A stretch of DNA of 64,000 nucleotides, taken from positions 1,888,001-1,952,000 of the forward strand of contig OY759746.1 in NCBI GenBank assembly GCA_963662795.1, given 5' to 3'. The DNA comes from Spirochaetia bacterium (GTDB lineage Bacteria > Spirochaetota > Spirochaetia > CADAEX01). Positions 21,117 through 31,652 of the stretch are shown here, piece after piece (the first letter of the stretch is position 1; every line of letters starts with the position of its first letter). The notes beneath the pieces were generated by a model. It searched no databases. It was given only the letters and a program-made list of their open reading frames with translations, and had not been told where the DNA came from. The position numbers and the translations under genes are program-made.

Positions 21117-21245
21117 GCAATTAGGGCGCAACACCTCCCTCCCCAATAAACCTATTGATGATATTTTGGTAAGAGAATAAAATCCTCATGCCCCCTAAGA
21201 AAGCCCGGCGTCCTGCCGGGCTAAAAAAAAGATTAGGAAAGTATA

Positions 21246-24221
21246 ATGAAAAAAGAAGAAGGCAAAAAATTAATCGCTGAAAGAGTTGAAGATTTTGAGA
21301 AAAATAAGGCGATTTTAACAAAAAAAGGCCACGGAGAGACAAATATTCGCTCAAATTTCATAGATATTATGTATAAAGCCTTAGGGTGGGACATGAAAAG
21401 CCATTATGAAGTAGTTAGAGAGTATTCTCAAAGAGATAAATCTTCTTCTGGCGGGACAAAAAAAGTAGATTATGCCTTTAAAATAAATGGAAAACTTAAA
21501 TTTTTTATAGAAGCAAAAGAAGCAAGTGTAGATTTAGAAAAAGATAAAAATGCTATTTACCAGGCAAAAAGATATGCCTATTCTTCAAATGGAAAAGCAC
21601 CAATAGTAATTTTAACAGATTTTGAAGAATTCAGAGTTTTTAATGTTTTAAAAGCTCCAATAATTGATAATCCAGATAGAGATTTATTGCAAAGCCACTG
21701 TATGAGATATACAGATTATCTAGAAAAATGGGATTTGCTCTGGGATACATTTTCAAGAGAAGCTGTTGAGAAAGGAAGTTTAGATAAGTTAAGAGGAAAA
21801 ATTGATAAAAATACCAGAACAATGGATGTTGAATTCCTTGCACAGATTACAGAGTGGCGGGAGATTTTAGCAAAAAATATTGCAGTTAGAAATGAAAATC
21901 TTGAAGTTGACGAAATAAATGAAGCAGTTCAAAGAATCCTTGACAGGCTTGTTTTTATTAGAAACCTTGAAGACAGGGAAATTGAACCAGAAAATATGCT
22001 TTTTGAAAAAGCACATAAATCAGACAATGTTTATAAATCACTTATTCCTTTATTTAACTCATTAGATAAAACCTATAACGGACTACTTTTCAAAAAACAT
22101 TTTTCTGAAGAGATTGAAGTCGATGATAAGGCAATAAAAGATATAATTCGCCAAATGTGTTACCCTGTTTCTCCATTCCAGTTTGATGTTATTGAACCAG
22201 AAATACTTGGGAGAATATATGAAAAGTTTCTTGGAAGTAAAATCAGGTTGACAGATTCACACAGAGTAAAAATAGAAGAAAAAATAGAAGTAAGAAAAGC
22301 TGGTGGTGTTTATTATACACCTGAATACATAGTTGAATACATTGTAAAAAATACTGTAGGTAAAAAAATTGAAGGACTTAACCCGGAAGAAATTAAAGAA
22401 ATTAAAATTGTTGATCCTGCCTGTGGTTCTGGTAGTTTCCTACTTGGAGCTTATTCATATTTACTTGATTATCATCAGAAATGGTACTTGGCAAACCAGA
22501 AAGATAAAACATATCAAGCAAATTGGTATAAAACAAAAGATGGGGAAATAAAAGTAAAGCTCGATAAACGAGCTGATATACTTAGAAATAATATTTTTGG
22601 AGTAGATATTGATAAAGAAGCAACTGAAGTTGCAATAATGAGCCTTTATCTTAAAATGCTTGATGATGGTTTTGATAAAGGTCAACGAGATTTATTTTTC
22701 TTGAAGGGTTCTATACTTCCAGATATGAAAGAAAATATAAAATGTGGAAATAGTTTAATAGGTACAGATCTTTTTGATGATAGATTTGATTTTGACAGTA
22801 ATGATTTTAAAATAATAAAACCATTTGATTGGAATGTTCAGTTTTTTGAAATATTTTCAAATGGAGGGTTTGATTGCATAATTGGCAATCCCCCCTATGT
22901 TGATGTTAAAATATTACCGGACTCAATAAAAAAAATATTGATTGATAAATATAAATCTGCTTCTAATCGCTTTGACTTATATATTCCATTTATTGAAAGA
23001 TCCTTTTCATTAATTAATCAAAATGGAATAATTTCTTTTATTATGCCAACAATGTTTTTAATACGCGATTATGGTATTGGTATAAGAAACGTTATAAAAA
23101 ACAAATCTTATATTAAAGAAATTATACATTTTGGTACAAATCAAATATTTGAAAATGCGATGAATTACGTTGGTATTTTTTCTTTTATTAAAAATGAATT
23201 AGAAAATACGAATATTATAAAATATATAGATTGTAATTTTTCTCCTGATGAAATAGCCAAAGTATTAAACGGAGAACATGTCTTTGATAAAAAATATCTA
23301 AAGTATACAAATAATAAAGAAAACTATAATAATAAGGAATGGCATTTATTAAGTAAGCCTGAAGAAAAAATATTTTGCACTTTCAATAAATATAAACCAT
23401 TAGTGGAATATTTAGAATTTGCAAGTGAGGGCATTCATAGTGGAAAAGATGAAGTGTTTTTTATTAATGATAATAGTTTGTTCAGTGAAGGTATTGTATA
23501 TAAACTTGCAAAAGGTAAAGATGTTCATCGATATGAAAATGTCGATGTTAAAGAATTTAAACAGTATGTTATTTATCCTTATGATTTAAATACTGGTGAA
23601 GTAATATCTGAAAATGAATTGAAAAATAATTATAGACTCGTTTATGAATATTTAAAAAATTCTAGAGAAAAACTCAAGGGTAGGCCGTACTTTGATAGAT
23701 CATCAAAAAAATGGTATGAATTGTGGTGTCCAAGAAATCCATCATTATATATAAAGCCAAAAATAATTGGCCCAGAAATTACAAATTGTGGTAATTTTAC
23801 ACTTAGTTTAACACCTCTTTTTATAAATAATAAATTAAAATCATTAGTATTAAAGAATAATGTTAATGAAAAAATTGAATATATACTTGGATTATTAAAT
23901 TCAAAACTATTAGTATATTTACATAAATTGATTGCACCTCCCAAAGGGAATAATTATTTTGAAGTTAAAACTACGATATTAAGTAAATTGCCTATTAAAT
24001 CAATAGATTTTAAAGATTCAAATGAAAAAGAAAAACATGATAATATTGTTCTTTTAGTTAATCAGATGATTAATGTAAAAAAAGAACTATCTCTATCTAA
24101 AAGTGAAGCAGACAAATCAATCAACAACCAAAAAATAGCAATAATAGATAATAAAATTGATGAGCTTGTTTATGAACTTTATGAAATTTCTGATGAAGAA
24201 ATAAAATTTATTGACTCCTGA
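21246..24221 (+). CDS. Type IIG (Eco57I-like) fused restriction endonuclease / N6-adenine methyltransferase
   Basis: VDY..IEAK nuclease, GVYYTP, DPACGSG, IGNPPY, TaqI_C-like specificity region. Confidence 0.88.
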   Translation: MKKEEGKKLIAERVEDFEKNKAILTKKGHGETNIRSNFIDIMYKALGWDMKSHYEVVREYSQRDKSSSGGTKKVDYAFKINGKLKFFIEAKEASVDLEKDKNAIYQAKRYAYSSNGKAPIVILTDFEEFRVFNVLKAPIIDNPDRDLLQSHCMRYTDYLEKWDLLWDTFSREAVEKGSLDKLRGKIDKNTRTMDVEFLAQITEWREILAKNIAVRNENLEVDEINEAVQRILDRLVFIRNLEDREIEPENMLFEKAHKSDNVYKSLIPLFNSLDKTYNGLLFKKHFSEEIEVDDKAIKDIIRQMCYPVSPFQFDVIEPEILGRIYEKFLGSKIRLTDSHRVKIEEKIEVRKAGGVYYTPEYIVEYIVKNTVGKKIEGLNPEEIKEIKIVDPACGSGSFLLGAYSYLLDYHQKWYLANQKDKTYQANWYKTKDGEIKVKLDKRADILRNNIFGVDIDKEATEVAIMSLYLKMLDDGFDKGQRDLFFLKGSILPDMKENIKCGNSLIGTDLFDDRFDFDSNDFKIIKPFDWNVQFFEIFSNGGFDCIIGNPPYVDVKILPDSIKKILIDKYKSASNRFDLYIPFIERSFSLINQNGIISFIMPTMFLIRDYGIGIRNVIKNKSYIKEIIHFGTNQIFENAMNYVGIFSFIKNELENTNIIKYIDCNFSPDEIAKVLNGEHVFDKKYLKYTNNKENYNNKEWHLLSKPEEKIFCTFNKYKPLVEYLEFASEGIHSGKDEVFFINDNSLFSEGIVYKLAKGKDVHRYENVDVKEFKQYVIYPYDLNTGEVISENELKNNYRLVYEYLKNSREKLKGRPYFDRSSKKWYELWCPRNPSLYIKPKIIGPEITNCGNFTLSLTPLFINNKLKSLVLKNNVNEKIEYILGLLNSKLLVYLHKLIAPPKGNNYFEVKTTILSKLPIKSIDFKDSNEKEKHDNIVLLVNQMINVKKELSLSKSEADKSINNQKIAIIDNKIDELVYELYEISDEEIKFIDS

Positions 24222-24313
24222 CAATACGCCTCCGCACGTCCTGTGCTGCGGCGAGAAAGGGGGGCATGAGGATTTTATTAATAAAAAGATGATAAATTAT
24301 GCGCCCTAACTGC

Positions 24314-24504
24314 ATATAACAGCGATTATTTCGCTGCGCTCCCGATGGTCGCTTGGGCTCCTGCCAGTTGAGCTGGCAGATCGCCATATTTTGTTTTAAT
24401 TATACCAGAATAATTATTGTTAGATTCTTTTAAAGTTTGAAAACCCAAATAAACGTATTTTAGAGTTTAAGCACAAAACATCGAATAATCGCGGGACGTT
24501 AGCA
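24314..24504 (+). repeat. attC-like site 13 (AGCGATTATT core)
   Basis: ATATAAC...GTTAGCA. Confidence 0.85.
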
Positions 24505-24631
24505 GCAATACGTCCCCAAGATGCAATCGCCCGGACCTCCGGCCGACGGGCGAGGGAAATATATAGTAAAATCCTTAATATTTTAAGCAAAAAAGACAGT
24601 TTTTATATAATTCTATTTTAAAAATGTAGAG

Positions 24632-24660
24632 TTGATTTGATAAGTACAAAGTAGTAAAAT
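24632..24660 (+). promoter_or_regulatory. Putative sigma70 promoter of the methyltransferase (probably leaderless)
   Basis: TTGATT-17bp-TAAAAT with the ATG 6 nt downstream. Confidence 0.45.
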
Positions 24661-24666
24661 TAGCCT

Positions 24667-26136
24667 ATGGTCATTACAAGTACAGTAGAGATGAATAGAA
24701 CTCAGAGGATATTGCATAGCTCAGATACTCATAAATCATTATTTGGACAATATTTAACACCTAGTGTAATTGCTTCATTTATGTCTAAAATGGCCTTGCG
24801 CTATGGAATAAACACTGATGAATATGACATTTTAGATCCAGGTGCTGGGCAAGGTATATTAGGAATATCATTAGTTGAAGAATTATATAAAGATAATAAA
24901 AACAACTGTATTTCTTTAGATGCTTACGAAATAGATAATACAATAATTCATGATCTATCTAATCATTTAGAGTATCTTTCAACTAAAACAAATACACAAT
25001 ATAAACTTATTAAAGAAGATTTTATTAATTACGTATCTCATGAATTAAGTTGGAATATAAATAAAAAATACAATTATGTTATAATGAATCCTCCTTACAA
25101 AAAAATGAATGTAAACTCAATTCATCACAAGTTATTGAAAAATATTGGAATTGATACAGTAAACTTATATTCTGCATTTGTTGCTCTGGGATTAAAACTA
25201 TTAAAAACCGATGGAGTGCTCGTTGCGATAATACCAAGAAGTTTTTGCAACGGCAAATATTTTTTACCATTTAGAAAATTAATAATGGATTTATCAGAAA
25301 TTGTCCATATCCATTCATTTCATTCAAGAACTGAATCTTTTAAAGAAGAAAATGTATTGCAAGAAAATGTTATTATAGTTTTAAAAAAAGTTACACATAA
25401 AAAAAATATAGTAACCGTGAGTTTATCTAGCAATAGAGAATTATTAGATTATTCAGAAAAACAATTTCAAATTGGCAGTATTATTAAAAATGACGATGAA
25501 GAACGTTATATTAATATTCCTAACAAATTTTACAACAATGCTATTCAGTTAAATACAACAATTACTGAATTAGATATTAATATTTCTACAGGCCCTATTG
25601 TTGATTTTCGGATGCGCGATAAACTTTTATACGATTTTGAAGCAGAGTCAACACCTCTTGTTTATTCTGGACATCTTAAAACTAATTATGTAGAATGGCC
25701 AATTGCTTCTAAGAAACCAAATGCAATAATATTAAACGAAGTAGAAAGAAATAAAAATATTTTTAAATCTGGCTTTTATGTAATAATTAAACGTTTTTCA
25801 TCAAAAGAGGAAAAACGACGAATATGGCCAACTCTTATTAAAGATACTGATTTTAATGGAATGGATTTTACAGCAGAGAATCATTTAAATATTTTACATA
25901 ATAATAAAAATGGGCTTGATAGAAAAACTGCAATTGGATTATTTGTTTTTTTTAATACTAAATTTATTGATAACGTTTTTCGTGAATTTAGTGGGCATAC
26001 TCAAGTTAATGCAACAGATTTAAAAAATATAAAATATCCTAATATTCAGCAATTAAAAAGTATGGCTGAAATATATTTAAATGAACAAAACATTGATTAT
26101 GATAATATATTTGAAATGGTGATGAAAAGTGGCTGA
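24667..26136 (+). CDS. N6-adenine DNA methyltransferase, BsuBI/PstI type
   Basis: GQYLTP, LDPGAGQG, MNPPY, KRFSSKEEKRR, FSGHTQVNATDL. Confidence 0.9.
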   Translation: MVITSTVEMNRTQRILHSSDTHKSLFGQYLTPSVIASFMSKMALRYGINTDEYDILDPGAGQGILGISLVEELYKDNKNNCISLDAYEIDNTIIHDLSNHLEYLSTKTNTQYKLIKEDFINYVSHELSWNINKKYNYVIMNPPYKKMNVNSIHHKLLKNIGIDTVNLYSAFVALGLKLLKTDGVLVAIIPRSFCNGKYFLPFRKLIMDLSEIVHIHSFHSRTESFKEENVLQENVIIVLKKVTHKKNIVTVSLSSNRELLDYSEKQFQIGSIIKNDDEERYINIPNKFYNNAIQLNTTITELDINISTGPIVDFRMRDKLLYDFEAESTPLVYSGHLKTNYVEWPIASKKPNAIILNEVERNKNIFKSGFYVIIKRFSSKEEKRRIWPTLIKDTDFNGMDFTAENHLNILHNNKNGLDRKTAIGLFVFFNTKFIDNVFREFSGHTQVNATDLKNIKYPNIQQLKSMAEIYLNEQNIDYDNIFEMVMKSG

Positions 26137-27064
26137 TAAAATAAATGAAGCATTGAATATTTTAATATCTCTTGGAGTACCAAGAGAGCAACAGAATGAA
26201 CGAACAGCACTTTGTCTTTTAGCATTAACTAATATAAAAGAAAATACTGAATGGGTTAATGCTTCTAATCCATTAATTGGAATTACTCCAATGATGGAAT
26301 ATGCTAAAAATAATTTTAACCGTAAATATGCACCAAATAGCCGCGAAACTTTTCGTAGGTTTAGTATGCATCAACTGGTACATGCTGGTATTGCTTTATA
26401 CAATCCGGATAATCCTTCAAGACCTGTTAATAGTCCAAAAGCTGTTTACCAAATATCTCCAAAAGCTCTTGAGGTTATCAAAAAATATAAAACACCAGAA
26501 TATGAAGACAAATTAAAAGATTATTATATGGTTATTGGTTCTTTGTCAGAAAAATATGCCAAAGAAAGAAATATGTTAATGGTGCCAGTGTTAATTAATA
26601 ATAAAAAAGAAATACATTTATCTTCTGGTGAACATAGTATACTTATTAAAGAAATTATTGAGAATATGGCACCGCGTTTTTTACATAATTCAGAATTAGT
26701 TTATGTCGGAGATACTGGTGAAAAATGGGGTTATTTTGATAAAGTACTTGCAACCGAATTAAAAATAAATGTTGATGAACATGGAAAAATGCCAGATGTA
26801 ATATTCTATATACGTAATAAAAATTGGTTAATACTTGTTGAATCGGTAACCAGCCATGGTCCAGTAGACAGTAAACGCTTAATTGAACTTGAACAGCTTT
26901 TTAATGATATTTCAATTTATAAAATATTTATATCAGCATTTCCCACTAAACAAATATTAGCAAAATATTCAACTCAAATTGCATGGGAAACTGAGGTATG
27001 GATTGCGGATAACCCATCTCATATGATTCATTTTAATGGTAACAAATTTCTTGGGCCTTATTAA
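26129..27064 (+). CDS. BsuBI/PstI-family type II restriction endonuclease
   Basis: YAPNSRETFRR, HGKMPDV, ESVTSHGP, IAWETEVW, HFNG.KFLGPY. Confidence 0.92.
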   Translation: MADKINEALNILISLGVPREQQNERTALCLLALTNIKENTEWVNASNPLIGITPMMEYAKNNFNRKYAPNSRETFRRFSMHQLVHAGIALYNPDNPSRPVNSPKAVYQISPKALEVIKKYKTPEYEDKLKDYYMVIGSLSEKYAKERNMLMVPVLINNKKEIHLSSGEHSILIKEIIENMAPRFLHNSELVYVGDTGEKWGYFDKVLATELKINVDEHGKMPDVIFYIRNKNWLILVESVTSHGPVDSKRLIELEQLFNDISIYKIFISAFPTKQILAKYSTQIAWETEVWIADNPSHMIHFNGNKFLGPY

Positions 27065-27134
27065 ATTAATTTGATTTTTTCAGTCCGGCCTTGGCTTCCA
27101 GCCGTGCGGCTTGGACAAGAAGGGGACGTACAGC

Positions 27135-27325
27135 TGCTAACAGCGATTATTTCGCTGCGCTCCCTGCGGTAGCTTGGGCTCCTGCCAGTTGAGCTGGCAG
27201 ATCGCCATATTTTGTTTTAATTAAACCAGAATAATTATTGTTAGATTCTTTTCAAGTTTGAAAACACAAATAAACGTATTTTAGAGTTTAAGCACAAAAC
27301 ATCGAATAATCGCGGGACGTTATGC
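27135..27325 (+). repeat. attC-like site 14 (AGCGATTATT core)
   Basis: TGCTAAC...GTTATGC. Confidence 0.85.
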
Positions 27326-27438
27326 ACAATATCCACGCCAAGAAAAAACGCCCGGACCTCCGGCCGACGGGCGAGGAAGTTTATTTTAAATAAAAATATT
27401 TAATATAATTTAATAAAACTTTAATTGGAGGGAAAATA

Positions 27439-29244
27439 ATGAAACTAGAATTAAATCCTCGATTATTAACAGATATAATTGGTAAGGGGCAATATACACA
27501 GTTTAGATCAGTAATTGCCGAATATGTTGCAAATGCTTGGGATGCTGAAGCTAATTATATTAAAATTGAATTACCAGAAGATTTTACTAATAATCCAATA
27601 GTAATACAAGACAATGGAAAAGGAGTCGTAGTAGAAAAATTCTCAAGAGTTGGGTTTAACCAAAAAAGTGATTATTCAGTTACATTAGATTATAGACGTC
27701 CTCTTATGGGAATGAAAGGAATTGGAAGATTTGCTGGATTTGCTTTAGCAGAAAAAATAAAATACATTAGCAATAATGGCTTAGAAGAAATAGAATGCAT
27801 TTTTGAGCGTAAGCATTTATTAGAATTTAAAGATATTACAGAAGTTGATATACCTTTTAAAAAACGTGAACCGCTAGATGATAATATAGGAACAATAGTC
27901 GAATTATCAATAATTGATCAACAATATAAAATACCAACTCCAGAACAAGTAATAAGAGATTTACTACTAGATTTCGGAGCGGTTAAAGATTTTCAAATTG
28001 AAGTAAACGGAGAATTGTGCAAATATGATAAAGTTGAAGGAAATATAATTGAAATAGACGAAACTAATAGTATATTTGGGCACGTAAGTGGAAATATTAT
28101 AATTTCAAAAGCTAAAAGTAAAAAACTAGATCCTGGGATAATAATCCGTGTTAATGCAAGAAGAGTAGAAGGTCCAACTTTATTTAATATTGATAAAGAT
28201 GTTTCTAGCAAAATAATAAATCGTATATATGGCGATATCAATGCAGATGGATTAGAAGATATAATTACTTCTGGTAGAGAGGCTTTTATTCAACATGATG
28301 AAAGGTATGAAAACCTAGTTTATTTTATTAAAAATAAGCTCTCAGAAACTATTGATAAATATATAGATGATCCTGAAGAAAGTATTGAAGATATAATTTA
28401 TAATATTGATCGGTTTAAGAAAAGGTTAGATAGTAGTCCTCAACATATAAGAGACATTTGCCAAAGATATATAAAAAAAATATCTCCAAGGTTAGCAAGA
28501 GTTCGACATGATAGAGGTTTGTTAGAAATAATAGCTTTATTAATATTACGAGCAAGTGAAAATGCTGATATGTACACAATTTTAAATGAATTAGAAAAAA
28601 CAGAAAATACTGATATTAATGGTTTATCTAAAGTACTTTCCCATTGGGGATTTGGAGAAATTGTACATGCTACTTCTATGATTCAACATCGTTTAAAAAT
28701 ATTAACTCATTTTTCAAAAATTATTAATGATAAAAATACATTGGAATTACAGGAATTGCATAGAGTTTTAGAAAACAATATATGGATCATAGATGATAAA
28801 TATTCTTTATTCACAAGTAATCAAAGCCTTAATACAATAGCTAAAAAACTAGGAAAAGAATATGCCGGAGAATATCCTAGAAAACGACCAGATTTAATTC
28901 TAAAGCGAGATAGAAATGATATAATTCTTATAGAGTTAAAAGCTCCTAATGTAGAAGTAAAAATGATTGAAGTTACTCAGGCTTTGGAATATAGAACTGA
29001 ATTGAAAAAATTGTGTCCTGACGTCAGAGATATTCATGTTTTTTTAATTGGTAAAGATTATGATGAAACTAGTAGAGATAATTTTAAGGCAGGCAATAAT
29101 CAAAATGTTAATTTGCTTTCTTTAGATAGTTTGTCCCAAGATGCTGAAGCTAGATTAAGATGGTTAGCAGAAGCTTTTGAATTGCAATATTTAGAATTTA
29201 AAAATCAATATGACTATGATTTAAAAAAAGTTGAAGCATTATAG
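27439..29244 (+). CDS. GHKL (HATPase_c_3/MORC-like) ATPase fused to a C-terminal PD-(D/E)xK nuclease
   Basis: EYVANAWDA, QDNGKG, GMKGIGRFA; RPDL...IELKAP...QALEY. Confidence 0.8.
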   Translation: MKLELNPRLLTDIIGKGQYTQFRSVIAEYVANAWDAEANYIKIELPEDFTNNPIVIQDNGKGVVVEKFSRVGFNQKSDYSVTLDYRRPLMGMKGIGRFAGFALAEKIKYISNNGLEEIECIFERKHLLEFKDITEVDIPFKKREPLDDNIGTIVELSIIDQQYKIPTPEQVIRDLLLDFGAVKDFQIEVNGELCKYDKVEGNIIEIDETNSIFGHVSGNIIISKAKSKKLDPGIIIRVNARRVEGPTLFNIDKDVSSKIINRIYGDINADGLEDIITSGREAFIQHDERYENLVYFIKNKLSETIDKYIDDPEESIEDIIYNIDRFKKRLDSSPQHIRDICQRYIKKISPRLARVRHDRGLLEIIALLILRASENADMYTILNELEKTENTDINGLSKVLSHWGFGEIVHATSMIQHRLKILTHFSKIINDKNTLELQELHRVLENNIWIIDDKYSLFTSNQSLNTIAKKLGKEYAGEYPRKRPDLILKRDRNDIILIELKAPNVEVKMIEVTQALEYRTELKKLCPDVRDIHVFLIGKDYDETSRDNFKAGNNQNVNLLSLDSLSQDAEARLRWLAEAFELQYLEFKNQYDYDLKKVEAL

Positions 29245-29318
29245 ATAAAAGTCTATAAAATAATTAGTTAAGCCCTTGGCTCCGCCGTGCGGCCTTAACA
29301 ATAGGCGTGGATACTGGT

Positions 29319-29510
29319 GCATAACAGCGATTATTTCGCTGCGCTCCCTGTGGTCGCTTGGGCTCCTGCCAGTTGAGCTGGCAGATCGCCATATTTTGTA
29401 TTCATAAAACCGGAACAACATGTGTTTTGTGCTCTTCAAGTTTGTAAAAACCAAATAAAAGTATTTTAGAGTTTAGTCACAAAACATCGAATAATCGCGA
29501 GACGTTAGCA
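29319..29510 (+). repeat. attC-like site 15 (AGCGATTATT core)
   Basis: GCATAAC...GTTAGCA. Confidence 0.85.
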
Positions 29511-29604
29511 GCAATACGTCCCCAAGAGAACACCGCCCGGACCTCCGGCCCACGGGCGAAGAAAATAGTAACTGCTGTATAATATACTTTAAAAATAGAT
29601 ATAA

Positions 29605-29634
29605 ATAGTTTTCTAGTTATTTAATATGTTAGGA
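29605..29634 (+). other. Internal attI-like site (second copy)
   Basis: ATAGTTTTCTAGTTATTTAATATG|TTAGGA; similarity to 3896-3922 stops just after GTTA. Confidence 0.65.
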
Positions 29635-30365
29635 TGACTCTTAGGGTCAATGAAAATTATAAAATGAAAGACATAATAGAAATAACGAATAGTTTTAATA
29701 ACACTTTTACTGAATATGGCTGGATAGCAACAGATGATTTCTCTGTTTCAATTATGGAAAAGGCTTTAGAAACATATCGTAATAAAGGAATTGCTTCAGC
29801 CGAAGACTACTTTTGTTCAGTATTTAATGATCAATATTTTAGTACTTGTATACACCGAATGAAAGCAATATTGATTTTTAAGGGTAGAGAACGTCTGGTA
29901 GAATTTGCATATATTGATCATAAAGAAAAAAGATTTCATGCATCAATTCCTGTTGTACTAAGTCAAATTGATGGACTTGTTCATGATATTGCAAAACAAA
30001 GTTTCTATGAAAGATATGAGAGAACAAAAATATTTCAATATACAAGTAAGATTACAGGTTTAGTCTCGACCTTAGATAAAGTAGCTCAAAATATGAATCA
30101 ATGTAGAAAGCAAACAAATTTTACACCATTAAACTTTCCGTATCGAAATGGAATATTACACGGACGTGATATCAATTACGATTCAGAAATAGTATCTACA
30201 AAATGTTTTTTTAATTTATTTGCTCTTAGAACCTGGGGATTGTTTATACAAAATAATGAGTTCGATAAAATATTAAATCCAAAACAATATATTAAAATAC
30301 CTGGTTTCGTAGTTGGGGATAAAATGAAACTTTATATGGAAGAGGCATTTAAAGAAAAAGTTTAA
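29634..30365 (+). CDS. Hypothetical protein with HEPN-like RxxxxH motif (nested cassette)
   Basis: SQIDG...YRNGILHG. Confidence 0.6.
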   Translation: MTLRVNENYKMKDIIEITNSFNNTFTEYGWIATDDFSVSIMEKALETYRNKGIASAEDYFCSVFNDQYFSTCIHRMKAILIFKGRERLVEFAYIDHKEKRFHASIPVVLSQIDGLVHDIAKQSFYERYERTKIFQYTSKITGLVSTLDKVAQNMNQCRKQTNFTPLNFPYRNGILHGRDINYDSEIVSTKCFFNLFALRTWGLFIQNNEFDKILNPKQYIKIPGFVVGDKMKLYMEEAFKEKV

Positions 30366-30478
30366 CAACTGCTTAATTTTGATATTTTCTTTGTCGCATT
30401 TAGTGCAGTCGCTGCGCATACGCATAAAATGTAACAAGTTTTAAAAGTACTAAAATACAGGTTAAGTAAATGTTAGAA
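30360..30478 (+). repeat. Inner attC (second family)
   Basis: GTTTAAC...CAGGTTAAGTAAAT-GTTAGAA. Confidence 0.75.
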
Positions 30479-30504
30479 AGACGTTCCGTACAGGAAGGAA
30501 AGAG

Positions 30505-31104
30505 ATGGATCAAGTATTAATAATTATTTCTATAATAGGTGCAATAGTTACAGTAATTACATTCTCAGAAAAAATTACTAAAATTAAAAGTTTTCTGGTT
30601 AATTCATTTTCAAAAAAGAAAAATATTGAAATAAAAATAGTAAATAAAATGATTGAATACTATAATTTCTTTACCGAAAATATGGACAAAGAAAACTGTG
30701 AATTAAAATATTCAAAAATGGAAGATGAAATAGATTTTATTTTAAAAAATATTAAATACAAAATGGTTTTAAAATTTGATAACAAATTTATTGATAAATA
30801 TATGAAATATATAGGTTATAAAAAAGAATTTAGAACAACAGAAAATTTTTATAAATACAGTCATCTATATTTCAAAAATACAGACCTAATATTGGAATTA
30901 TCAAAAAGTACTTATAAAATTAAAATTGATAGATTAAATTTTCCATTAAAAGATATTTGGGGACAATTTCGAGCTAATCGTTTTATATTTTGTTCTCAAT
31001 ATAAAAAAAGGTGGGAAGGCGTACCTGAAATTGATAAAATATTTTTACAAGATATTGAAATGCCTATAAAATTATTAAAGATATACTATAATATAATTAT
31101 ATAA
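30505..31104 (+). CDS. Membrane-anchored hypothetical protein (nested cassette)
   Basis: N-terminal TM helix; GGAAGGA RBS. Confidence 0.7.
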   Translation: MDQVLIIISIIGAIVTVITFSEKITKIKSFLVNSFSKKKNIEIKIVNKMIEYYNFFTENMDKENCELKYSKMEDEIDFILKNIKYKMVLKFDNKFIDKYMKYIGYKKEFRTTENFYKYSHLYFKNTDLILELSKSTYKIKIDRLNFPLKDIWGQFRANRFIFCSQYKKRWEGVPEIDKIFLQDIEMPIKLLKIYYNIII

Positions 31105-31108
31105 GAAT

Positions 31109-31167
31109 TTTTAACAAATTGTTCAACTTGATTAGTCATTGCTTCATGAGTTAATAAAATGTTATAA
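31109..31167 (+). repeat. Short 59-bp canonical attC (inner)
   Basis: TTTTAAC-AAATTGT-TCAACT...AGTTA-ATAAAAT-GTTATAA. Confidence 0.65.
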
Positions 31168-31238
31168 AATTAAAATAGGGAAAGAAGTCCAGCCTTGGCT
31201 CCGCCGGGCGGCTTGGACAAGAAGCGGCTGGTACTGGA

Positions 31239-31410
31239 GCATAACAGCGGGTAAGAAACTGCGCTCGGAGTACCTCGCTTGGGCTTCGCCATATTTTGCT
31301 TTTAAACAACAAAAATAATTATTGTAATGTTCTTTTCAAGTTTTAAAAAAAGGACAAATGAGTATTATAGTTTTAACCGCAAAACATCTTTTACCCGCGG
31401 GACGTTCTCC
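31239..31410 (+). repeat. attC-like site 16 (AGCGGGTAA core)
   Basis: GCATAAC...TTACCCGCGGGAC-GTTCTCC. Confidence 0.85.
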
Positions 31411-31652
31411 GAAATACCGCCCCAAGATGCGATCGCCCGGACCTCCGGCCCACGGGCGAGGGAAGACGGGCAAACAATTGTGTCTAATTTTAAATCAAAA
31501 GTATCTTATCAGCATTAAAGGATTAGAATAATTAATCTAATGTAAAGAATGCTAAATAAATCTCAATAAATTATATTGAAATTAAAAAGATGTATTGTAT
31601 ATTAAGAGTTTTAAGTGTATACTGTTGAGTGTATACTTAAAGAGGTTGAATT

